A stretch of 64,000 nt of DNA from Desulfatiglandales bacterium. Lineage in GTDB: Bacteria > Desulfobacterota > DSM-4660 > Desulfatiglandales > HGW-15. The stretch lies in contig CAXXJJ010000001.1 of NCBI GenBank assembly GCA_963667015.2, positions 416,001 to 480,000 of the forward strand, read 5' to 3'. Each line of letters opens with the position of its first letter. The stretch's first letter is position 1. The notes beneath the pieces were generated by a model. The model did not search any database and had not been told where the DNA came from. It saw only the letters and a list, made by a program, of their open reading frames with translations. The position numbers were made by a program, and so were the translations under genes. Positions 20,360-30,280 of this stretch are shown piece by piece.

Positions 20360-22198
20360 CTATTTTACTTGATCAGGGTAGCATTTTATCAGGAATGTCT
20401 TTGCGATATTGCTGGTGTAAACAATAATCTGCTTGAGAATATCCATGAGTTCCATGTGGATTTCATGTGTCTGTATTGAATCAATCCTTTCACGGCGTAC
20501 CCTTTCAAGATGCTTTATCCTGTATTGGGCTTCAAGGTCAAGATATTTTCGTTCCCTGTTCATTATCCGTATTGCCTTATCGATGTCCAGTTCCGCAAAG
20601 GCCTCGGCAAGGCGATCTATCTGGCGGCAGACCTTGTCATGATAAATCATCAGCTCCTCTTTTCCCTCAATGGAAAAATCCTTATTTAAAACATTTTTTT
20701 TCTCGATAAGTTTTACCAGATTTCGATGAATGAGGTCTCCGATACTCTCCATGTCACTGGAAATAGATATCATGCCGTAGAGTTCATTAGCCTGTGCCTC
20801 TGATGATTCATATCTTGAGATCCTGATCAGAAACTCATGTATCCTGTCATTAAGAAAATCAATATATTCCTCCCTCATATCAAGCGCTTCATGAAGCGAA
20901 AGGCTGGGATGGCGTTCATCCCTTACCGGTATCTCCCTGATCAGCTCCTCCTTTTCCTCCTCTGACAGGTCCTCACTCTGAATCCATTTTTTATCGGATA
21001 TAAAGGGGATTATAATCCCTCTCACCATGCGGCCCAGGATTTCCGCCATGTAGGATAACTCTCTTCGTGCAAGCTCGATGGCAAGCGCAGGGGATGTGAT
21101 AGCGCTGTCATCAAGATATTTTGTTTTAATCTCAATGCTTACAGGTTCTCCTTTAATCGGGAGTATCTTTAATATCACGCGCGAGAAGAGAGAAGTAAAA
21201 GGCAGGAAAAGGATGGCAAGGCTTACATTGAATATTGTATGGGCATTGGCAATCTGGCGGGCAACGTCACTGCCGAATCTTTCGGAAAGGAGTCGTACAA
21301 AGTCAGCAAATCCCGGCACCCAGAAGATAAACAGTAAAACCCCGGCAACCTTAAAAATAACATGGGCAACCGCAACCCGTTTTGCCTCTCTTGTTGCATT
21401 AATTGATGCAAGACCTGCCGTTACACAGGTTCCTATATTGGCACCGAAAATAATCGGTATGCCTATTACAAGGCTTATTAAACCCTGCTGCGCAAGTACA
21501 ATAACAATTCCTGTTGTAGCGGCACTGCTCTGGACAAGCCCTGTAAAAACAGTCCCTACCAGAAGCCCCATCCAGGGATTTTTAAGCTGGCCCATCACAT
21601 CTATGAAAAGCGGATAATCGCGCAGAGGAGACATTGTGTCGCTCATGAGCTTCATGCCGTAGAAGAGGAGCCCGAATCCAAGTAGTATTTCGCCGATATT
21701 TTTTATCTTATCCTTCTGTGCGATCATGTTCATGCCAAAACCTATGGCAATCATGAGCAGTGCATAATCGGTTAGTTTAAATGCAATCAGCTGGGCTGTT
21801 ACTGTTGTACCTATGTCAGCTCCAAGGATAACACCCAGTGACTGGGTAAAATTCATTAATCCTGCCTGGACAAAACTCACAAGCATAACCGTGGTAGCGC
21901 TGCTTGACTGGATAATCATCGTTACAATGGCGCCCACTGTCATTGCCATGAACCTGTTTTTTGAAAGGATTCCAAGGATATCCCTCAGTTTGCTGCCGGC
22001 AGTCTTCTTCATGCCGTCGCTCATTTTTCCCATTCCATATAGAAAGAGGGCAAGTCCTCCAAGCATGCCTATAATAAGCATGCCCCAGTGAATTCCTGAT
22101 GAATGGTCGCTTCCGGCGATGCAGAGGGGGGACATGATAAATGTGGTTATGAAGACCAGAACAATTATTCCGTGATTAGTCTTGCTGCGCAATTTCAT
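20360..22198 (-). CDS. Na+/Pi cotransporter family protein with PhoU-like C-terminal domains
   Basis: Two QSS(S/A)ATT repeats, GADIGTT/GANIGT, RQIANAHTIFN, DMESIGD. Confidence 0.93.
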   Translation of the reverse strand: MKLRSKTNHGIIVLVFITTFIMSPLCIAGSDHSSGIHWGMLIIGMLGGLALFLYGMGKMSDGMKKTAGSKLRDILGILSKNRFMAMTVGAIVTMIIQSSSATTVMLVSFVQAGLMNFTQSLGVILGADIGTTVTAQLIAFKLTDYALLMIAIGFGMNMIAQKDKIKNIGEILLGFGLLFYGMKLMSDTMSPLRDYPLFIDVMGQLKNPWMGLLVGTVFTGLVQSSAATTGIVIVLAQQGLISLVIGIPIIFGANIGTCVTAGLASINATREAKRVAVAHVIFKVAGVLLFIFWVPGFADFVRLLSERFGSDVARQIANAHTIFNVSLAILFLPFTSLFSRVILKILPIKGEPVSIEIKTKYLDDSAITSPALAIELARRELSYMAEILGRMVRGIIIPFISDKKWIQSEDLSEEEKEELIREIPVRDERHPSLSLHEALDMREEYIDFLNDRIHEFLIRISRYESSEAQANELYGMISISSDMESIGDLIHRNLVKLIEKKNVLNKDFSIEGKEELMIYHDKVCRQIDRLAEAFAELDIDKAIRIMNRERKYLDLEAQYRIKHLERVRRERIDSIQTHEIHMELMDILKQIIVYTSNIAKTFLIKCYPDQVK

Positions 22199-22296
22199 AA
22201 AAACTCCTTACCGGGCACATTACTGAAAATCAGAGTAAATACGGATGATTTTAAAAATAATGGTGCCATTTCAGGATGATGAAATCAAATATTTTT

Positions 22297-22338
22297 TAAA
22301 ATAAAAAGGAGTTATAAACATAACTCCTTTTTATTTTA
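22297..22338. terminator. Intrinsic (possibly bidirectional) terminator downstream of the M16 peptidase
   Basis: Perfect 19-bp inverted repeat TAAAATAAAAAGGAGTTAT / ATAACTCCTTTTTATTTTA with a 4-nt loop. Confidence 0.75.
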
Positions 22339-22363
22339 TCTTATAACCACCTTGTTAAAACGC

Positions 22364-25296
22364 TTATTGAGGAGATTCCTCGGGCATGAGGGTAACCTGA
22401 ATGTAGTTTTCAAAGTCGTAATATCTTTGAAAATTATCCCTGGTTTTATCAGCATCTATGGTCTTTACCGCGTCCGCGTATAAAAGAATCTGGCTTGCAT
22501 CCGGATGAACGCCGGCAAAGTAACATGAATTAAGGCGTGTCAGCCAGTACGCGTTTTGCGTAAGATTAGTCTCATTGGTGCGTAAAAAGGCCTCCTTTAC
22601 ATCGGCCAGTTCACTCTCTGCAGGCCCGGACTCCTTAAATGACCTTATCTCCGAAAATATGGCATCAGTGAGCTCATCAACACGCTCAGGGTCTGAAGAA
22701 AAATCAATTGTAATAATATAACAGCCGACCGGGAGCCATATTAAGTTACAATTGACACTTATATTATATGTTCCCCCCATGGATTCTCTTATTACATCAT
22801 GCAAACGGTTTTGCAGCAATGGGGCTGTTACTCTGAGGTGTTCACGTTTTTCAATGTCATAGATCCCATTGAAATCACCGGTAAATGCAATACGTGTGCT
22901 GCTTTTGGGTTCTTTCCCTGCCCGCACGGTCTCTTTAATGATCCCTCCTGGATTTGTCCGAATCCCCAGGTCCTTCCATTTTTCTTCGCGGCCTGTATTG
23001 GGAAGAGCGCCAAGATATGTCTCCACCAGTGGTTTCATCTTTTCCAGGTCCATGCTTCCAACAAAAATAAATGTAAAATCGCCTGCATCTGAAAACCGGT
23101 CTTTATAAAAGGCAAAAGATTTATCCAGATCCATATTGTCAAGCATTTCCAGGGTAGGAGGCTGCTGCCGGGGATGATCCGAATAGAGTAACCGGTTGAA
23201 TGTGTCGTTAAATACAGTAGCCGGGTTTGAGCTTCGATTCTCTATCATCTGTTTTGCCTGTGCCTTCACAATATTGAAGATTGTTTTATCTGCACGTGGT
23301 TCTGTCATTCTCAGATAAATTAACTGGAACATTGTCTCCAGATCAACGGATGAGCCGTTGCCTGATACGCCTTCCGTGTACTCGGTGATTTGAGGTGCAA
23401 CGTTTGCGACCTTGCCGGTTAGCTTTTTGCGCAGTTCCATGAGATTAAACTTGCCAACTCCGCTGTTTGCGATAAGAGAACTGGCGGTTTTTGCCGGGAT
23501 ATAATCTTCATCACTGACTAATGATGATCCTCCGGGACTGAATCCGATAAATATAATTTCGTCTTTTTTAAAATCTGTGGGCTTCAGGACCACCTTTATT
23601 CCGTTTGCAAGTTTCCATTCAGTCAGGCCGCCTTCAAGTTCATTGGTCGATGTAATTTTGGAACCCTCCGGTATCTTGTCAAGCAGAGGACCTTCTGTCA
23701 CGGTTGCTTTATAGGGCTCTATAACCTCTTTTGTGGCAGATGCCAGGATGTTTTTCAGATCGGATTCAGTAGGAATGGTCAGTCCATTCTTTTCAGGTGC
23801 AGTTAAGATGATTACCCTGTTCGAATCACTAATCCATTTTTTGCCCACCTGGTTAACTTCTGCCAGGGTGATTCTTTCTAGAAAACGTTTCTGTAAGGGT
23901 GTTTCATACTCAAGACCGGGGATGGATTCCCCTGTCAGGTAGGATCGTGTCATTTCGGCTGCATGAGAACTTGAAGTACGGCTGTCTTTATTTGCATACA
24001 TTTGGTCCAGTGCGCGCAGGAAGGTAGTCTTTACACGTTCCAGTTCTTCAGGTGTAAAACCGTATCGCGCAACCCGTTCAGATTCAATGAGCAGAGCTTT
24101 AAGCCCGCGCCCGATTCCTGTTTCCTGAACAGATGCCTGCAGAACATAAACACCTTCCGGCCTTACAAGTGATGACCGGGAGGAGGCGGCCCCCATGAAT
24201 GGAGGGTCTGTTTTTACACTGAGCTCATTAAAGCGTTCATTCAGCATGGCGTTGTACAGTGACTCTACCATTTTTTGCCTGAAACCTCCAACCGTCCAGT
24301 CGTAGTCATTGGGGAATTTATGGTATATGGATATCGTAGTCCCCTGCAGTTCGGGATCAGTTGCAATTGCAAAGAGTGTCTCATCATGTTCCGGTATTGT
24401 ATAAGTTTTTCGTTCCCTTGGATTTTTCGGTTCGGGTATGGAGTCAAACTGTTCATGAATATATTTTTCGATTGCTGCTGTATTAAAATCACCAACTGCT
24501 ATCACTGCCATAAGGTCCGGCCTGTACCAGTCCCTGTAAAAACGAATCAGATCGTCATGTTTGAAATTCTGTAGATTTTCAAGGGTGCCTATAGGCAGAC
24601 GATCTGCATAAAGAGAGTCTTTCAGGATGACAGGAATTATTTTATCCCTGATACGATTACCGGCCCCCTGGCCCTGTCGCCACTCCTCAATAACGACCTT
24701 TCGTTCGGATTCGATTTCTTCGGGCTCAAATTTTATTCCTGTGGCCCAGTCCCTCAGTATCCGAAAGGCGGTTTTTAGATTCTCTTCATTATCTGTTGGC
24801 AGTTGAAGCATATAATAGGTCTCGTCAATGCCCGTGGCTGCATTGATTCCTGACCCCATCTGCATGCCGATCGATTCCATAAAATCTATTATGGTCTGTT
24901 TTTCAAAATGCTCCGTGCCCTGAAAGGCCATATGTTCCAGAAAATGTGCAAGTCCAAGCTGCTTTTCATCCTCAAGGATAGATCCGGAGTTGATAATCAG
25001 CCTGATATCGGCGCGGTTAGCCGGTTCAGTGTTATTGCGTATATAATAGGTTATGCCATTGTCTAATTTACCAATGGTTACCCTCGGATCAGTGGGGATT
25101 TCACTGTCGAGCGGATAGTGGCCGGATCTGTTGCCGCAGAAAACTGTTGTGATACTGCCTCCGGTGCAGATGAGGTCTTTTGAGCCTGAGGCTGAGTGTG
25201 AGTACAGGCAGAGATAAAAAGAAAAAGAGATAGAATGATCGTTGAGATACTGATACGATATTTAAGGGCAATACGTGAAAAAAAGGTCATAAACAT
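22364..25296 (-). pseudogene. pqqL: M16-family zinc peptidase (PqqL-like lipoprotein), split by a 1-nt frameshift near 25120
   Basis: Upstream part has an RBS, ATG 25296 and lipobox FISAC. The downstream frame reads PTDPRVTIGKLDNGITYYIRNN..GLAHFLEHMAFQG (HxxEH) into the 855-aa ORF. May be a sequencing error. Confidence 0.85.
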
Positions 25297-25614
25297 ATTT
25301 ATCTCCTTCATTAACAAAATCTCAATATTTGATAGATGCAAATCACATGTAAGTAAATTTACGGGTAATGCCTGAGTATAATCCGGTGGAAATCTTGTGA
25401 AAAAGTATAGTTCAAAGAGTTGAATTATAAGATGTTGCCTTTTCGATGGGTGAGATTAGTGCAATAGTCTCTTTTTGTCAACATGAATGCCTTTATGAAA
25501 TCCGGCCAGCAGACGAGAGCTGAACCGGAATAAACAGGCTCTGTTTAATTATGACTTGCTCATATAACTGCCTTATCCATATAATAAAGATCTTCAACCT
25601 ATTATGAGGAGGAT

Positions 25615-27078
25615 TTGTTGAATTCTATCCCGGATATAAGAATCAGGAATGGAAACAATAATGGAATAAATCCTGACGGCAGGTTTGTCCTTTACTGGAT
25701 GACCGCAAACAGGCGCCTTAAGTGGAACTACAGCCTGGACAGGGCTCTTGACTGGGCTGTGGAACTTGACAAGCCGCTTGTGGTGCTTGAAGCCCTCGAT
25801 TGTGATTATGAATGGGCCAGTGACAGGTTTCATGGATTTATTCTCGAAGGTATGAAAGAAAACCTCAGATCTGCCGATGAAAAGAATATTCTCTATTATC
25901 CATATGTCGAGCCGGAGGCAGGAAAGGGAAGCGGTCTTGTCCGGGAACTTGCAGAATACGCTGCTGTTATTGTAACGGATGATTTCCCGGCATTTTTTAT
26001 ACCCGGTATGCTGAAGCGAATATCGGGAAAACTCCCTGTTCTGCTCGAACAGGTCGATTCAAACGGGCTGTTACCCATGGATGCCGCTCAGAGGGAGTTT
26101 ACCACTGCATATTCGTTCAGGAGATTTTTACAGAAGACGCTCCCGGATTATCTTATGGATATGCCGCGAATAGAACCTCTTAATGATATTAAGCTGAAGA
26201 AGATTAAAAAGCTGCCCGGAAAAATATCAGAAAAGTGGCCTCCAGTTTCTCCGGGATTACTTGAAAAAATGCCTGAGAATTTAGAAAAATTTCCAATAGA
26301 CCACAGTGTAAAAAGAATAGAAAACGCGGGAGGGTATAAGAAAGGAAAGAGGCTCTTAAAAAAGTTCATCACAGAAAAACTGACTGATTATGACGAAAAG
26401 AGAAATCATCCCGAAGAAGACGCAGCAAGCAGCCTTTCACCCTGGCTCCATTTCGGTCATATATCCGCACATGAAATATTTTACAGGCTGCAGGAACATG
26501 AAAAATGGCACCCCGGCAAACTGGATGAGAAAACAAACGGAAGAAGAGAAGGATGGTGGGGAATGAGTAAATCCGCCGAAGCCTTTTTAGATCAATTAAT
26601 CACCTGGCGTGAGATAGGCTTTAACATGTGCCGGTATAACAGGGATTATGACAAATACAAATCTCTGCCGGGCTGGGCAAAGGAAACACTAAAAAAACAT
26701 GAACCGGATGAAAGAGAATATATCTATTCAATGGAGCAGTTTGAGAATTCAAAAACCCATGATAAGTTATGGAACGCTGCACAGGTTCAGCTTGTAAGAG
26801 AAGGAATTATCCATAACTATTTAAGAATGCTGTGGGGAAAAAAGATTCTTGAATGGTCAAGGACTCCCGGAGATGCCCTTAAGGTAATGATTCACCTGAA
26901 CAACAAATATGCCCTGGATGGCCGTGACCCCAATTCCTACAGCGGCATTTTCTGGACACTGGGACGATATGACCGGGCCTGGGGTGAACGGGATATATTC
27001 GGCAAGGTGCGTTATATGAGTTCAAAGAATACTGCCAGAAAGGTGAAAGTTACTGAATATCTAAAGAAATATTCATGA
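25615..27078 (+). CDS. phr: Class II CPD (deoxyribodipyrimidine) photolyase
   Basis: VLYWM, SLSPWLHFGHIS, IHNYLRMLWGKKILEW, KYALDGRDPNSY, DRAWGER.IFGKVRYM. Confidence 0.92.
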   Translation: MLNSIPDIRIRNGNNNGINPDGRFVLYWMTANRRLKWNYSLDRALDWAVELDKPLVVLEALDCDYEWASDRFHGFILEGMKENLRSADEKNILYYPYVEPEAGKGSGLVRELAEYAAVIVTDDFPAFFIPGMLKRISGKLPVLLEQVDSNGLLPMDAAQREFTTAYSFRRFLQKTLPDYLMDMPRIEPLNDIKLKKIKKLPGKISEKWPPVSPGLLEKMPENLEKFPIDHSVKRIENAGGYKKGKRLLKKFITEKLTDYDEKRNHPEEDAASSLSPWLHFGHISAHEIFYRLQEHEKWHPGKLDEKTNGRREGWWGMSKSAEAFLDQLITWREIGFNMCRYNRDYDKYKSLPGWAKETLKKHEPDEREYIYSMEQFENSKTHDKLWNAAQVQLVREGIIHNYLRMLWGKKILEWSRTPGDALKVMIHLNNKYALDGRDPNSYSGIFWTLGRYDRAWGERDIFGKVRYMSSKNTARKVKVTEYLKKYS

Positions 27079-27120
27079 TTGACATGTTTTGCACATGAAA
27101 TTATAATTTATGCATGTCAA
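27079..27120 (+). promoter_or_regulatory. Consensus sigma70 promoter with inverted-repeat operator for the TA operon
   Basis: TTGACA 27079-84, 17 bp, TATAAT 27102-07; inverted repeat TTGACATG (27079) / CATGTCAA (27113-20). Confidence 0.8.
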
Positions 27121-27344
27121 AAATGATCCAAATAAGAAATGTGCCGGATTCTCTACACCGGGAACTAAAGGCAAGAGCAGCCATGGAAGGGATGTCTCTT
27201 TCAGATTATCTGATGGCAGAAATTTGTAGAAGTGCGGAACGACCTTCTATAAAAAAACTTCGGGAACAACTTGGTAAAAGGACTCCAGTATCTTCGAAAA
27301 TGTCACCTTCTGAAGCAGTGCGTGTTGAGCGGGACTTGAATTGA
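27114..27344 (+). CDS. FitA-like ribbon-helix-helix antitoxin (VapB)
   Basis: IQIRNVPDSLHRELKARAAMEGMSLSDYL; overlaps the PIN toxin gene. Confidence 0.88.
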   Translation: MSKMIQIRNVPDSLHRELKARAAMEGMSLSDYLMAEICRSAERPSIKKLREQLGKRTPVSSKMSPSEAVRVERDLN

Positions 27345-27733
27345 TTGTTGTCGATTCCTCAGCCATCCTCGAAGTTCTCTTCAGAAGTCCGGTTGGTCTA
27401 GAGATTGAAGATTTTATTTTCTCCCCTTTTAAAAATTTATGTGCCCCCCATCTCATTGATCTTGAAATTGCTCAAGTCCTTCGGCGCTATTGTACATCCG
27501 GGGATATTTCACCTGAACGTGCACAAACTGCCCTTGATGACTTTAAAGACATGCCAATTAACCGATATCCTCATGATATTTTTTTACAGAGAATTTGGGA
27601 ACTCCGAAACAATATAACTGCCTATGATGCATCCTATGTTGCTTTGGCAGAAGCATTGCCGGCAACTCTTCTTACCTGTGATAAACGCCTCGCTTCTGCA
27701 CCAATCTTAGATGCTGATATAAAAGTTTTTTAG
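27341..27733 (+). CDS. vapC: PIN-domain toxin VapC
   Basis: IVVDSS, APHLIDLE, NITAYDASYVALAE, LLTCDKRL. Confidence 0.92.
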   Translation: MIVVDSSAILEVLFRSPVGLEIEDFIFSPFKNLCAPHLIDLEIAQVLRRYCTSGDISPERAQTALDDFKDMPINRYPHDIFLQRIWELRNNITAYDASYVALAEALPATLLTCDKRLASAPILDADIKVF

Positions 27734-27806
27734 CGGAAAGCGCGTGGTGACAGGTCTTTATTTTTAACGATGATTTATAATAAAATGGAGATTCAAAGGA
27801 ATAAAT

Positions 27807-28688
27807 ATGGAAATTAAAACTCTTATAGATAATCTGGTATCAACTGATGACTTTAAATACCGGCGAAATGAAATCGATGAGGCCTTAAGCAGACGTGAAG
27901 AAGTAATCCCCTTTTTTATGGATATACTTAAAAAGGTGTTTGAAAATCCCGAAAAATTTATTGAGGATGAAAAGTACCTGGGACACATGTATGCATTAAT
28001 GCTGCTGGGATACTTTAAGGAAAAGAGCGCACATGACATTATTCTGAAGCTTTTCAATCTTCCCGGGAATATACCATATGAGCTGTTCGGAGATATTACA
28101 ACCGAGAATTTACCCGCCATCCTGCTTAATACCAGTGGCGGTTGTTTTGACGGCATCAAAGAACTTGCATTGAATACAAAGGCCGATGAATACTGTCGAG
28201 GCTCCGCATTAAAGGCAATGATGTATGGCGTGGTAAATGGTTCTATCTCCAGGGAGGAGGTGCTGACATTCTATAGAGGCATTCTGGAAAACAGAAATTC
28301 GGAACCTCGTTCAGATTTTTTTAACGAGCTTGCCTCCTGTGTATGCGATCTTTTCCCGCAGGAATTAATGGATATCATAAAAGAATGTTATGAAGACGAT
28401 TATATCGATCCATGGTATATCGATATGCATTCATTTGACAATGCCTTAAGCGCCGGAGAAGAAAAATGTCTGGAAAAAATTAAACGGGATGCGGAACACA
28501 GTTTTCCGGAAGATATACATTCCGCAATGTCATGGTGGGCATGTTTTGAAGAGAATCAGTCAAATGAATGGGCAGTCGGCGATTACAATACCGGGAATGT
28601 TTTTTATAATGCTGACAGTCAGAAAAAAAAGAAGAAAAAAAGAAAGATAAGCAAGGCAAGTAAAAAGAAAAACAGAAAGAAAAAATAA
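27807..28688 (+). CDS. DUF1186-like helical protein with basic C-terminal tail
   Basis: HMYALMLLGYFKEK, LFGDITTENL, DEYCRGSAL, MSWWACF; poly-Lys tail. Confidence 0.7.
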   Translation: MEIKTLIDNLVSTDDFKYRRNEIDEALSRREEVIPFFMDILKKVFENPEKFIEDEKYLGHMYALMLLGYFKEKSAHDIILKLFNLPGNIPYELFGDITTENLPAILLNTSGGCFDGIKELALNTKADEYCRGSALKAMMYGVVNGSISREEVLTFYRGILENRNSEPRSDFFNELASCVCDLFPQELMDIIKECYEDDYIDPWYIDMHSFDNALSAGEEKCLEKIKRDAEHSFPEDIHSAMSWWACFEENQSNEWAVGDYNTGNVFYNADSQKKKKKKRKISKASKKKNRKKK

Positions 28689-28715
28689 TCAAATCCTTGT
28701 ACTATTATTTGATAC

Positions 28716-29105
28716 TTAAGGTTCACGAACAGGGAATGTGGTATTTTTTAATGCTGATTTTATGAACTTTTTATCAAATGTAACAAATGCATCAGCGCCA
28801 CTTGAATGGGCCAGATGTATTGCATCGGCAAAATCCATTCCCTGTTGATACCAATGGATAGCATTTGAGATTGTAAGAGGATTTTCTAACTGGACATTTG
28901 ACAGGCCAAATAAGGCTTGAAAAGCATTTGATATTTGGGATTGCTCAAGCTGATAGGCATACCTCAAAACCCATTCGCATTCGAGAATTACGGTTGTTGT
29001 AATGAATATGTTTTCGTTGGAAAAAAGAGATTTGGCTTTTTTAAGTTGTACCTGATCATCTCCGGTCAGTAAGCGGATAATAACATTGGTATCTACTGAA
29101 ATCAT
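28716..29105 (-). CDS. vapC: PIN-domain toxin VapC
   Basis: ISVDTNVIIRLLTGDD, VILECEWVL, MDFADAIH, FVTFDKKF. Confidence 0.92.
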   Translation of the reverse strand: MISVDTNVIIRLLTGDDQVQLKKAKSLFSNENIFITTTVILECEWVLRYAYQLEQSQISNAFQALFGLSNVQLENPLTISNAIHWYQQGMDFADAIHLAHSSGADAFVTFDKKFIKSALKNTTFPVREP

Positions 29106-29353
29106 TACTTATGCTCCATGACTCCCTTTTCTATCGCCTTATTCATCTGATCGATCGATATTTTTTTGCCCGAATATTTTAAGATTCCGGCGACTTCTTC
29201 AAGGTCAGTGTTTTTAAAAGGTTGCGAGGTCTTTAATAAAATACCTTCTCCGGTATCGATTACAGACAGCTTTTGACCGACATTCCAATTATATCGGCTT
29301 CTTAATGTCTTTGGTATAATGACCTGGCCTTTGCTTGATAACTTTGTTTGCAT
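29105..29353 (-). CDS. AbrB/MazE/SpoVT-family antitoxin
   Basis: MQTKLSSKGQVIIPKTLR; ATG 29353 follows an AGGAG RBS; abuts vapC. Confidence 0.9.
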   Translation of the reverse strand: MQTKLSSKGQVIIPKTLRSRYNWNVGQKLSVIDTGEGILLKTSQPFKNTDLEEVAGILKYSGKKISIDQMNKAIEKGVMEHK

Positions 29354-29670
29354 TGCCCTTTCTCCTAAAAAAAAGTAAGAATTATGTAAGATTATATTGC
29401 TCAACCCATAAAAGGTCAATGGTTTAAACCCGGATTTCAATTATTCAATAAACCCATATTGATCGAAATCCTTTAACCCAAAATTTTCTTGCTATTATCC
29501 CGTATTAATTATTAAAATACGATGTTATATCAATCTGTATATAACGACTTACCGCATTACAGTGCATCTATCGCACATTTTCTTAAGAATCTATAAATCA
29601 AATTGTTCTATTTCCTGCTGGAATTGATCTGAAAATTTAAAATTAACTTGTCAGAAAAAAGGAGGTTACT

Positions 29671-29876
29671 ATGGCTACTGGGAACTCCAGGATAAAGCAG
29701 TCACAAAATTAGCCGGTTTTCACGGTATTTTACCGAACATGAATATGCTGCATCGTCTGATTGTAAGATTTTTTACCGGCAAGGGTGACAAATATAAAAA
29801 CACCTGGGGACGACCAGCGCCTGGTGTTGATAAACAGAACTGGGATCCACCGATTAAAGGTTTAAAACCGCGTTAG
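29671..29876 (+). CDS. Candidate ~68-aa small protein missed by the ORF track (apparent 1-nt frameshift in codon 3)
   Basis: Strong RBS AAGGAGG then ATG 29671, which gives only 13 aa. The shifted frame from 29679 reads WELQDKAVTKLAGFHGILPNMNMLHRLIVRFFTGKGDKYKNTWGRPAPGVDKQNWDPPIKGLKPR*. Confidence 0.45.
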
Positions 29877-29947
29877 TTTTATTGGGTGAATAGGGATAGG
29901 CTTAAAATACATTACTTAAATTTATCTATTAAATATAGGGGGTTAAA

Positions 29948-30280
29948 ATGGCTAATGTATTTGTAGAACTTAAAGAAGGCATTGCAGATTTGACTGAATT
30001 GAATGTACAGACCTTTTCAGGGGATTTAACAAGTGTAATAGATGGAAGTGATAGCGGTAGTGTAATTGACTGGACCAAACTGCTTAAGGATGCAAAAACT
30101 TCAGGAAAAGTAAAATTAAAGGCGTCAACCAAAATAAAGTTTGATGGAGATTCGGATGCATTTTTTGCCGATGATATTTCCGGAGACATGCTGAAAGCTC
30201 ATATGACAGCGATTGAGAGCGGACAGAAAGTAAGAGAAGGTCTTATTGCCATGTTCAAAGGTGCATTAGGTTTAGAATAA
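29948..30280 (+). CDS. Hypothetical 110-aa protein
   Basis: RBS-like GGGGG; stop overlaps the next start (TAATG); no family recognised. Confidence 0.8.
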   Translation: MANVFVELKEGIADLTELNVQTFSGDLTSVIDGSDSGSVIDWTKLLKDAKTSGKVKLKASTKIKFDGDSDAFFADDISGDMLKAHMTAIESGQKVREGLIAMFKGALGLE

